A stretch of 64,000 bases of DNA from Prochlorococcus sp. AG-388-D03. Lineage in GTDB: Bacteria > Cyanobacteriota > Cyanobacteriia > PCC-6307 > Cyanobiaceae. Both the position numbers and the translations under genes were made by a program. A model generated the notes under the pieces. The model had not been told where the DNA came from, did no database searches, and saw only the letters and a program-made list of their open reading frames with translations. Positions 11,505 to 20,496 of this stretch are shown one piece after another; the stretch's first letter is position 1; each line of letters starts with the position of its first letter. Location: contig QCGN01000005.1 in assembly GCA_003279875.1 (NCBI GenBank), positions 1,781 through 65,780 on the forward strand, given 5' to 3'.

Positions 11505-11897
11505 TTATTTTTTAGACTTCTCAGGCCTAGATACTAATAGAACAAAAAATATGGTACCCAAAACAGGAATTATATTTATTAATAACCACTTCCTACTTTT
11601 TTCTACCATATTAATTCTTCTAATTTGTAATGAAATAAATGGTAAAAATGAAGAAAACAAAAACATATAAAAAATATTAACAATTAATTTAGCAACAATG
11701 AAGAATCTAAATCTTACAAGTACATCTCCTGTAATTAGAAAAATAAGTATTATAAATAGATTAATAAGCATGCTTAACCAGTATTCTTTATTTGAGGATT
11801 TTGTTTTAAAATCAAACGTTTTTACCCAGAATTTTTTATATAAAACCAAAATTAAATTATTTTTCACATTCGCCAAAAAACTAAAAGATATATTCAT
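11505..11897 (-). CDS. DUF805 family membrane protein
   Basis: F.FK.KSS.KEYW, P.ISLQIRR, WLLINIIPVLG motifs. Confidence 0.8.
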   Translation of the reverse strand: MNISFSFLANVKNNLILVLYKKFWVKTFDFKTKSSNKEYWLSMLINLFIILIFLITGDVLVRFRFFIVAKLIVNIFYMFLFSSFLPFISLQIRRINMVEKSRKWLLINIIPVLGTIFFVLLVSRPEKSKK

Positions 11898-11905
11898 TAA
11901 ACTTT

Positions 11906-12586
11906 TTAATCAATATCTAATAAATTAAGATTGCAATCTGGAAAGGAATTATATATTTTCTCTGTTAATTTATTAATCTTCTTAAAGTTCTCGGGAATAA
12001 TTGATAATGAAAGTAAGGTCTCTTCATCACTGTTTGCAGAGGAAATATTCATACTATTGAAGATAACTTTTTCACAATTTTCTGAAAGAATATCAACTAC
12101 TTTATTTATTTCAGATCTTTTAATTCCACTAATAGATATTCTTATATAATTATTAAATGATTTCTTTCGTTCCAAATAATCATATAAATATATAAAAGCT
12201 ATAACTAGTAATAATCCTAAAATTGCAGCTTTAAATTGATATGCACCAGTTGCCAAGCCAATAGCAATAGATAAAAAGATATAAGAAATTTCTTCAGGCT
12301 CTTTTATAGGGGTTCTAAATCTTACAATTGAAAGTGCTCCAACTAAACCTAAAGATAAAGCTAGAGATGATTTAACAACCCCTATAATTATTGTTGTTGT
12401 AAGACTTATAATTGGCAATACTCTTGCGAGTGATTTTGGATTAGAAAATGTTCTTGATTTACGGATATAAATTTTAGATAGTAAAAATGATAATAAAAAA
12501 CAAATGATTATTGATAATAAGAATGATCCTGACTGGAAGTTCTCAGTCTCAAATTTAAATTGATTTAAAATATCATTTTCGTTCAC
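11906..12586 (-). CDS. DUF4956 family membrane protein
   Basis: SLALSLGLVGALSIVRFRTPIKEPEE...IAIGLATG signature. Confidence 0.9.
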   Translation of the reverse strand: MNENDILNQFKFETENFQSGSFLLSIIICFLLSFLLSKIYIRKSRTFSNPKSLARVLPIISLTTTIIIGVVKSSLALSLGLVGALSIVRFRTPIKEPEEISYIFLSIAIGLATGAYQFKAAILGLLLVIAFIYLYDYLERKKSFNNYIRISISGIKRSEINKVVDILSENCEKVIFNSMNISSANSDEETLLSLSIIPENFKKINKLTEKIYNSFPDCNLNLLDID

Positions 12587-12691
12587 AATTTTAAAAATAT
12601 ATTAGATTTATAATATAAACTTAGCATGTAGCAATTTCATCTTTATTATTTATGCAATATTTAATAATTATTTTTTTAGTTAAAAAAATAA

Positions 12692-14389
12692 ATGTTAAAT
12701 TTTAAAAGTTTATTTTTAAAGGGGACTATATATTTTTTCGCTCTAATTTACCCTAATGCATTAGGAGTTTTCGCGAAAGAATATACTATAGTTTTAATCC
12801 CTGATAGTCAAAATTATACATTAAACAAAAAAAATATTTATCATTTTAAAGAACAAATTAAATGGATTATTAATAATAAGGAGAATAAAAATATTGTACT
12901 TGTTTCGCATGTCGGAGATGTTATAGCAAGCAATTTAGCTTATTTTCCGATTAATCTTCATTTAATAAGTTTTTTATGTAATAAAAGAAATGTAGATTTC
13001 CTAAAAAATCAATCTGAAACATGGGAAAAAGTTAGTTTTATTTCTGATTTAGGAAATACTGAAGATTTGGCATTTTCTGTTTCTCCAGGAAATCATGATT
13101 ATGATTGCAAGAATAATAAAAAAACTTTAAAAGGGTTTCAAAATACTATTAACTATAAAAAATATCATAAAAGAAAATGGTTCTTAGGCGCTGATGAAAC
13201 TGGTATTAATACTGCACAAATTTTTGAAATGAATAAACAAGAATTTATACATATTGGATTGGAATGGCAACCATCAAATAAAGCTATTAAATTTGCACAA
13301 AAGATTATAAATGAACATCCTGAAAAGCCAGTAATATTAACTACTCATGAATATTTAATTGTTAGGGATAATCCATTACCAGAAAGATGTAAAAACTCAG
13401 CGATTGGATGCTCTTGGACTTCTTCTAATGATAATAATGGAGAAGAATTATTTCAAAAGCTAATAAAAAATAATCCCCAGATATTTATGGTTTTTTCTGG
13501 ACATAATGGATCTAAAGAAAGACTAATTATTTCTAAAAATTCGTTAGATAGAAAGGTTATTCAGATTATTAGTGATTTTTCAGGAGATCCAGAAGGAGGG
13601 AATGGTTGGATGACTCTAATTACATTTAATACTGACAATTCTTCTATCATGATTAATAATTTTTCACCAACATATAAAGAAGAAATAAGTCTTGGACCAA
13701 ATCGTTCAAAACAACCAGGTCAGAAAATAATAGAACTTAATCTAACAGAATTGAAAAGTTTTCTAACTAAAAATGAAGTTAAGAAATTTAGAAATGGAGA
13801 AATTCATGGAATAAAGAATTACTCTGATGCGAGAGATTCTAATATTTATCAAAGCATATTAGAAAAAAAAATAAAAAGTAAAATACCAATTTTTAAAGAA
13901 ACTATCTTAGTAGGTAAATTTTTTGGCGAACATATAGGTTCTCTTCATTTTAAAGATATAATTGGAACTAAACATTATCAAATTCCTCCTAATTCTAAAA
14001 TAGAAAAAGCAATATTAACTCTTACATCTAATCAAATAGGTTTCTCTAAGAATTATGAAATTGGAGCTGATGGAATATTTAAATTCTATAATAAATTGCA
14101 AATCTATCCAATTGATAAACCTTTAAATAAAAATATAAATATTTCTAGTATTAATAAATTAAAGGAAAAAATTGTTCAAGATAGTACTAATAGATTTATC
14201 AGTAGCGGAATATCAAATACAATACAAAGTTTTGACGTTACCTCTGAATTTCAGAAATGGGTTGATGGCGCTGAAAATAACGGTTGGTTGTTTTATGTCC
14301 CTCAAGGTTTTTGGAATTTTAAATCTTCTGAATCAAAAGAATTATTAGATAGGCCATTGCTTACAATAGTTTATAAAAATAAGAATTAA
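12692..14389 (+). CDS. Secreted calcineurin-like metallophosphoesterase with C-terminal DNRLRE-like domain
   Basis: Signal peptide; PDSQ, HVGD, GNHD, TTH, SGH motifs; C-terminal FDVT..Q.WV.G..NNG, F.SSE, RP.L.I.Y. Confidence 0.8.
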   Translation: MLNFKSLFLKGTIYFFALIYPNALGVFAKEYTIVLIPDSQNYTLNKKNIYHFKEQIKWIINNKENKNIVLVSHVGDVIASNLAYFPINLHLISFLCNKRNVDFLKNQSETWEKVSFISDLGNTEDLAFSVSPGNHDYDCKNNKKTLKGFQNTINYKKYHKRKWFLGADETGINTAQIFEMNKQEFIHIGLEWQPSNKAIKFAQKIINEHPEKPVILTTHEYLIVRDNPLPERCKNSAIGCSWTSSNDNNGEELFQKLIKNNPQIFMVFSGHNGSKERLIISKNSLDRKVIQIISDFSGDPEGGNGWMTLITFNTDNSSIMINNFSPTYKEEISLGPNRSKQPGQKIIELNLTELKSFLTKNEVKKFRNGEIHGIKNYSDARDSNIYQSILEKKIKSKIPIFKETILVGKFFGEHIGSLHFKDIIGTKHYQIPPNSKIEKAILTLTSNQIGFSKNYEIGADGIFKFYNKLQIYPIDKPLNKNINISSINKLKEKIVQDSTNRFISSGISNTIQSFDVTSEFQKWVDGAENNGWLFYVPQGFWNFKSSESKELLDRPLLTIVYKNKN

Positions 14390-14485
14390 TTTATTCTTAT
14401 ATTAAATAAAGACTTTAAATTTACTTCTTAAGTGATTAAAAAAGTTTAATGGTAATGTTGTAATATCTAGAATTAAGTTTTAGGC

Positions 14486-17137
14486 ATGTTAATTTTTCAA
14501 AAAAAAGACAATAGTTCTAAAATAATTAATTTTGTAAGAAATAAACTATTTAGGATTTCTTTTAGAAAAAGATCATTTTTATATATTTTTTTCATATTTA
14601 GTACTGGAATATTATTGACTATTCCTCTTGATTATGGAAGAGGCAGATCAGTTTTTATAGATCGTACAAGAAAAGTTTTCTCTCTCTCATTAGGCGCTAT
14701 TAATCCAAAATATAAACTTGTTAATGATGAAGTTTATTTATATGGTGATAATTTATTAGAAATAAGTGGGAGATATATACGAGCTTTCTTTAAAAAAGAG
14801 GATGAAATAAATATTAATTTAAACTTTAGGAATTACGAAAAACTCAAATTTTTAAGAAATAAAGCAATTAAGGATGGAATACTCACTAGATCTGAAAATG
14901 ATGAGGCTTCTGGATTCTTGAACTACAAAGGTCAAAATTATCCTATAAAAATTAGATTAAAGGGTGATTGGACTGATCATTTATTAGGAGATAAATGGTC
15001 CTTAAGACTTAAAACTAAAAATAACAAAGCCTTTTTAGGAATGGAAAATTTTTCATTGCAACATCCAAGAACTAGAAATTATATTAATGAATTTGTTTAT
15101 CATAATTTACTAAGATATGAAAAATTACCTTTCTTAAGATATAGGTTTTTACCTGTATATTTAAATGGTAAATATCTAGGAATATATGCACTTGAAGAAC
15201 ATTTCGGTAAGAATTTATTAGAAAATAGTGGATATAGAGAAGGTCCTATAATTAAAATTTCGGATAAAGATCTTAGAAATAATTTTCAGAAAATTAATAA
15301 TCTTGTGGGAGACAAAGGTTTATATAATTTAAAAAATTTTGTAGATTCAGATTTAAATAATGCTGAAATTAGTCCATTTAATATAAATAAGCTAATTAAA
15401 AATGAGAAAAAAATTAGTCAATATATCCTTGCAGAAACCCTTATGGATAAATTTCTAAGAAAAGAACTAAAAACCTCTGAAGTTTTTGACTTAGAAAAAA
15501 CTGCAAAATTTTATGCTATTTCTGATTTAATGCAAGCTTTACCTAGCTGGTATGATATTAGATACTATTTTGATCCTTTAAAAGGAAGATTAGTTCCTAT
15601 AGGTTACGACGCTGGTCCTGATATTCGGACAACAAATAGAAGATTAGCAATTGATAATAATTCATTAAACATTTTTGATGATCAAGAGTTTATTAAAGTA
15701 TATTTTTCTTATCTTGAAAAATTAGTTTCTCCAGATTACCTAAATAAATTCTTGATTTCTATATCTAATGATATTAATAAACAAATATTAAATATTAATA
15801 AATCATATCCTTATGTTAGATTTTTGAAAAGTGAAATTGAAAAAAATAAAAAATATATTATATCTAGACTAAATAGTAAAGAACCTTTTTATATTAAAAA
15901 AGATTCAGAATTAGATATAAATAAACCTAGTTTAAATATTTTTAATAAAACATCTTTCCCCATTCAAATTATAGAATTAAAATATAAAAATAATATTTAC
16001 ATACCCGAAACTAATACGGTTTTAAAGGGGAGAGATAAATTCAAAAGAATTACTGCTAATAATATAATCTTTAGGCCTAAGGATAAAATTATTAATACAA
16101 AACAAGGATTTGAGGAAAATTTTACAATTTCATATCGTTACGATGGAGGTTCAAAAGTTTTTAATTTACCCTTAAAGTACTATCCAATAAAGGATTTTAA
16201 TTTATATACAAATGCTTTAATTAAGAAAATAAATAATTTAGATGAATTCCCATTACTAATTCATGACCATAAAAATAAATTAGTAACTTTAAAAAATGAT
16301 TTAATTATTAATAAACCTTTAATACTTCCAAAAGGCTATAAGTTATTAATTAATGAAGGGATAAAAATAGACTTAAAAAATGAAGGAATGATACTTGTTC
16401 AAGGTCCAATAGTTATAAACGGTAAAGCAGATTCTCCTGTATTGATTAATTCTGTTGAAGGCGGTAAAGGTATTTTTGTTTCTGATTCAGAAGTAAATTC
16501 AAAAATTAATTATACTATTTTTAATAATCTTCAAGCTCCTAGTGAGAAATCTTTAAACATTACAGGTGGGGTTACTTTTTATAATTCTTCAGTTAGTATT
16601 TTAAATTCTAAATTTACCAATTCTAATTCTGAAGATTCTTTAAATCTAATAAGATCTACTTTTAAAATTAAAGATTCTTATTTTTATTCAATCGAATCTG
16701 ATGCAATTGATGCTGATTTTTCGAATGGTGAAATACATAATACATATTTTAAAGATATAGGTAATGATGCAATTGATATTTCAGGAGGAAAAGTCTATTT
16801 AAAAAATATATCGGTAAATTTTGCTGGGGATAAAGCTGTTAGCTCAGGGGAAAATAGTGAAGTTATAGTTAATGATATTAAAGTTTCTAATACATTTATT
16901 GCTATTGCTAGTAAGGATTTTTCTAAGGTTAAAGTAAATAATTTGAATACAGATGAGGTAAAGTATTGTTTGGCCGCTTATCAAAAGAAACCAGAATATG
17001 GTCCAAGCTTAATAGCCTATAGGGATAATAACTTTTTTTGTAAGTCAAATTATATTCTAGAAAAAGGCTCTTTTATTAATTCGAAATATTATAAATTCTT
17101 ACCAAATATTACTGATGCTTTCTTAAATTTATATTAG
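14486..17137 (+). CDS. Membrane-anchored CotH kinase family protein with C-terminal right-handed beta-helix
   Basis: N-terminal TM; KIRLKGDWTDH, KWSLR.K, NGKYLGIYALEE, PIGYD; C-terminal EDSLN, SDAIDADFS, NDAIDISG, DKAVSSGE, ASKD repeats. Confidence 0.82.
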   Translation: MLIFQKKDNSSKIINFVRNKLFRISFRKRSFLYIFFIFSTGILLTIPLDYGRGRSVFIDRTRKVFSLSLGAINPKYKLVNDEVYLYGDNLLEISGRYIRAFFKKEDEININLNFRNYEKLKFLRNKAIKDGILTRSENDEASGFLNYKGQNYPIKIRLKGDWTDHLLGDKWSLRLKTKNNKAFLGMENFSLQHPRTRNYINEFVYHNLLRYEKLPFLRYRFLPVYLNGKYLGIYALEEHFGKNLLENSGYREGPIIKISDKDLRNNFQKINNLVGDKGLYNLKNFVDSDLNNAEISPFNINKLIKNEKKISQYILAETLMDKFLRKELKTSEVFDLEKTAKFYAISDLMQALPSWYDIRYYFDPLKGRLVPIGYDAGPDIRTTNRRLAIDNNSLNIFDDQEFIKVYFSYLEKLVSPDYLNKFLISISNDINKQILNINKSYPYVRFLKSEIEKNKKYIISRLNSKEPFYIKKDSELDINKPSLNIFNKTSFPIQIIELKYKNNIYIPETNTVLKGRDKFKRITANNIIFRPKDKIINTKQGFEENFTISYRYDGGSKVFNLPLKYYPIKDFNLYTNALIKKINNLDEFPLLIHDHKNKLVTLKNDLIINKPLILPKGYKLLINEGIKIDLKNEGMILVQGPIVINGKADSPVLINSVEGGKGIFVSDSEVNSKINYTIFNNLQAPSEKSLNITGGVTFYNSSVSILNSKFTNSNSEDSLNLIRSTFKIKDSYFYSIESDAIDADFSNGEIHNTYFKDIGNDAIDISGGKVYLKNISVNFAGDKAVSSGENSEVIVNDIKVSNTFIAIASKDFSKVKVNNLNTDEVKYCLAAYQKKPEYGPSLIAYRDNNFFCKSNYILEKGSFINSKYYKFLPNITDAFLNLY

Positions 17138-17147
17138 GAAATAATTA

Positions 17148-17843
17148 ATGATCGTAAACAATAATTCTTATAGATATGAAAGAAAACTCATTGTAGATGG
17201 ATTCAATTTTTCTTCATTAGAAACCTTAAATAATATATATGATTTAGGTCTAAGCGAAATTTACGAAGAAAGAAGAGTTAATTCAATATACTATGATACG
17301 AATAAATTTTTTTATGCAAAACAACATTTAGATGGCTTTAATAAACGATTAAAATGTAGAGTCAGATTTTATGGAGATATAAAAAGTGTTACTTCTCCAT
17401 TTTTAGAATTCAAATCAAAGAATGGTTATGTTGGAAAAAAATATAAAATACCTTTAAAAAAAAATGAATTATTAAAAAATAAATTTTGTTTAAATTTTAT
17501 CTCTAATAAGGATTATAAAATTGAAAATCTGGATAAAAATATAATAAGTTTTTTGTACCCTAAATTATTTGTAACTTATTTAAGAAGATATTATTTATCA
17601 AAATGTTTAAATTATAGATTTACATTTGATAAAGAAATATATTTCTATTTAATAGAAACTCCTTTTTTAGAATTGTCAAATATTTTTAATTATAATTCTT
17701 CTAAATTTAAAAATAATATTATTGAAATAAAATATACGAGAGATTTAGACCAAGGAGGCTCAAGTATAATAAAAAAATTACCTTTTAGACTTACAGATTG
17801 TTCAAAATATATTCAAGGTCTAAATAAATTTGGAATTATTTGA
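17148..17843 (+). CDS. VTC (polyphosphate polymerase, CYTH-like tunnel) domain protein
   Basis: RYERK, SIYYDT, K.RVRFY, LEFK.K, Y.R.Y, RFTFD, IEIKY, SKY motifs. Confidence 0.88.
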   Translation: MIVNNNSYRYERKLIVDGFNFSSLETLNNIYDLGLSEIYEERRVNSIYYDTNKFFYAKQHLDGFNKRLKCRVRFYGDIKSVTSPFLEFKSKNGYVGKKYKIPLKKNELLKNKFCLNFISNKDYKIENLDKNIISFLYPKLFVTYLRRYYLSKCLNYRFTFDKEIYFYLIETPFLELSNIFNYNSSKFKNNIIEIKYTRDLDQGGSSIIKKLPFRLTDCSKYIQGLNKFGII

Positions 17844-17916
17844 TAAAATTTTTCAACAAAAAAATTTTTTAATAGAAATAATTATAAAATATTAAAAATT
17901 GAAGCCCCTTTAAAAA

Positions 17917-18837
17917 TTGTATCTTTATCAAAAAAAGAATTTACTTTATTTATTTACTTTTTTAATAGCAATTTTTTTTGGATTAAATTTTTATTATCAA
18001 TTTATAAAAATCTCCTTCTATAAGATTAAAGATTTAATAATTCTTAAGGACTATTTTTTTGTAAATAAGGAATCTTATAAAGATTCATTAAATGAATTTA
18101 AGTGTTTACCAAAATTAATAAAAAAAATTCCAGTTAACTCTAGTGTAATTATTGGTCATGCTTATGGAAGAGCTAATTTGAGAAGATTCTCTAATCAAAT
18201 AAGTCCATCAGTAAAAAAGTTTATTTTAAAAAACAATGAGAATATAGAAACTATTTTTTTTACAGGAGATGTTTTTAGTGAGCCGACTTATAAGAAATGG
18301 GAAAAACTTTATAATGATTTTGCTGATGATAACGAGATATTTATAATCCCTGGTAATCATGATGTTGGTAATGATAACCAAAATAATTATAGAAAAATCT
18401 TTAATAATTATATTTCCAAGAAACAGTCAATACTTTTTCCTTACATTGTAAAACGCTCTGGCTTCAAAATTATATTAGATGATAGTACTAAAGGAAATTC
18501 CTTATTTAATAATAATTTTGAGATTTTATTAAATACTAAATATGAAGATAATATTATTTTACTTAGACATCATATTTTATTAAAAGAAATGCAAAAAAAT
18601 GCTGGAAATACACCAGAATATTTTGATAATACAATAATAGAATCAAATTTTAATTATGCAAATAATACTTTTTTTATTTCTGGTAATGGTGGAATGAAAA
18701 AAAATTATTCAAGAATTTCTTGCATTAGAAATGGGAAATATAATTATATTTTAAATGGAATAGGAGAATTTAAAAATGATAATGTACTTATTCTAAATAA
18801 TAAAAAAATTTATAGATACGAAATAAATAACTATTAA
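17917..18837 (+). CDS. Membrane-anchored metallophosphoesterase
   Basis: N-terminal TM; GHAYG, TGDVF, PGNHDV, RHH, SGNGG motifs. Confidence 0.75.
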   Translation: MYLYQKKNLLYLFTFLIAIFFGLNFYYQFIKISFYKIKDLIILKDYFFVNKESYKDSLNEFKCLPKLIKKIPVNSSVIIGHAYGRANLRRFSNQISPSVKKFILKNNENIETIFFTGDVFSEPTYKKWEKLYNDFADDNEIFIIPGNHDVGNDNQNNYRKIFNNYISKKQSILFPYIVKRSGFKIILDDSTKGNSLFNNNFEILLNTKYEDNIILLRHHILLKEMQKNAGNTPEYFDNTIIESNFNYANNTFFISGNGGMKKNYSRISCIRNGKYNYILNGIGEFKNDNVLILNNKKIYRYEINNY

Positions 18838-18943
18838 ATATTTACCTTTAAACTCATTCTCTAAATCTTTAATAATATATGGTTAATAAAATTAATAGTG
18901 CCAATTATATAAAAAAATTGATCTAAATAAATTAACATTATTG

Positions 18944-19097
18944 CTAATTAGTATCGAATGTATATGACCCTAAAAGTCATTTCCTTACAGAACCATTGTT
19001 ATAAGTCCCAAGCCAATTATTAACTATGTGAGGAGAAATACATGTTATAACTCCTGAATGGTAAGGACAAGTTCTTGCTAATAATATTAAAGTATCT
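18944..19097 (-). pseudogene. Fragment of a membrane-protein gene
   Basis: Translates as ...NNWLGTYNNGSVRK*LLGS..., resembling the WL.NY..G..RRGL.G motif of hypothetical membrane proteins; TGA at 18977-18979. Confidence 0.35.
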
Positions 19098-19098
19098 T

Positions 19099-20376
19099 TT
19101 AGTTAATAAGTTTTATATTAGATCTATTATTTTTCTGAATGTTAATGTATCCAATTTGGAGTGAGAGAAATAAAACTGGGACATAATAATGCAATGTGTG
19201 CCTCAAGGCCTCTTTACCACTATTTGCAAAAATACCTGAAAATAATGGTAAAAGTACTATTAAACAAATTATTAATTTATTTAAAAAAGAAATATTTGAA
19301 TTACTTAGATTAAATAAAAATATCCATATAGTACTAAAGTAAAAAACATATAAAATTACTGATATAGACCATTCATAAATTCCTTTAAGAGTTGAAATTT
19401 TTGGCATTTCTTTGTATTGATTAAATGCTGATGGAAAAATTATTCGATTTAAGCGATTCAACTCAACAGTATTTTGTAATGCTAATTTTGGATTATTTAA
19501 AAAATATTCTGAAATAATATCTTCCTTAGCTTTGTCACACACTTTTTGTATTTCTAATTGTGTTGCAAATGATTTATCATTTTGTGTCGGTCTTACATAG
19601 TTTTTAGGTAAATGTACTTCAGCTAAAAAACAACCTGTAAAGTTAGATAATATAAAATTTCCAGTTTTATTGTAGTGCACAATATGGTATGGCATTGCGA
19701 TTAATAATCCAAGGAGTGATGCAAATATTATTTTGTATGATTTATTAAAAATAGAAAATAAAATATAGAAAATAATAGTGAATATTCCGTATGGTCTTGA
19801 CAAATCAACAAAAATTATACCTGTTACTACAAATAATATTATTTTAGTTAAAGAGTATTTTCTAGAAAATAAATTATTTTTATTCTTAATTATCAAAAAT
19901 TCTTGAGAAGCAATAAAAAGTAATAAAATTCCGAAAGTATATATTATGTCTGACACACCACCATAAGAAGAAGAACGGATAAGAAATGGGAAAGTAATTA
20001 TTATTATTAAAGATAAAGATTTTAAAACTTTAAATTTACTGTAAAGTAAATATTCTTTTAATCGTTTAATTATTAAATAACTAATTAAATAAACTAAGAC
20101 TGCCCATACGATTTTATTAGTGTAATTTATACATTCATAACCACATATTTGTCCTGCTATCTTCTCAACATGTAGAAAAGGTTTAAAAACCGTGAAAATA
20201 ATATCATTAAATAATTCTTTATGTGAAAGTTTTGTTAATTCGGTATACGGCCATATGAAATGGGACCATTCAAAGTTTGTTACGTGATATCTAAAAAATA
20301 CTAATGCTGAAATAAGCAACGAATATATTTTTTCAAACTGTGCTTTTCTAACAATATTATTTATTAAATAAGCCAT
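19099..20376 (-). CDS. Polytopic membrane protein, possible GT-C-like transferase
   Basis: Multiple TMs, SD and RP motifs, periplasmic loop with Cys, late E.LRH..Y.VP motif. Confidence 0.5.
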   Translation of the reverse strand: MAYLINNIVRKAQFEKIYSLLISALVFFRYHVTNFEWSHFIWPYTELTKLSHKELFNDIIFTVFKPFLHVEKIAGQICGYECINYTNKIVWAVLVYLISYLIIKRLKEYLLYSKFKVLKSLSLIIIITFPFLIRSSSYGGVSDIIYTFGILLLFIASQEFLIIKNKNNLFSRKYSLTKIILFVVTGIIFVDLSRPYGIFTIIFYILFSIFNKSYKIIFASLLGLLIAMPYHIVHYNKTGNFILSNFTGCFLAEVHLPKNYVRPTQNDKSFATQLEIQKVCDKAKEDIISEYFLNNPKLALQNTVELNRLNRIIFPSAFNQYKEMPKISTLKGIYEWSISVILYVFYFSTIWIFLFNLSNSNISFLNKLIICLIVLLPLFSGIFANSGKEALRHTLHYYVPVLFLSLQIGYINIQKNNRSNIKLIN

Positions 20377-20496
20377 AAAATTTTTTAGCTAAAACATAAA
20401 CATCAATAATTATATTTATGCATATATGTAATATAGTATGATACTTTTTAAAGTTAATTCTTTTGAGGGATTAGTTTTGAAATATTTTTTGAATCG

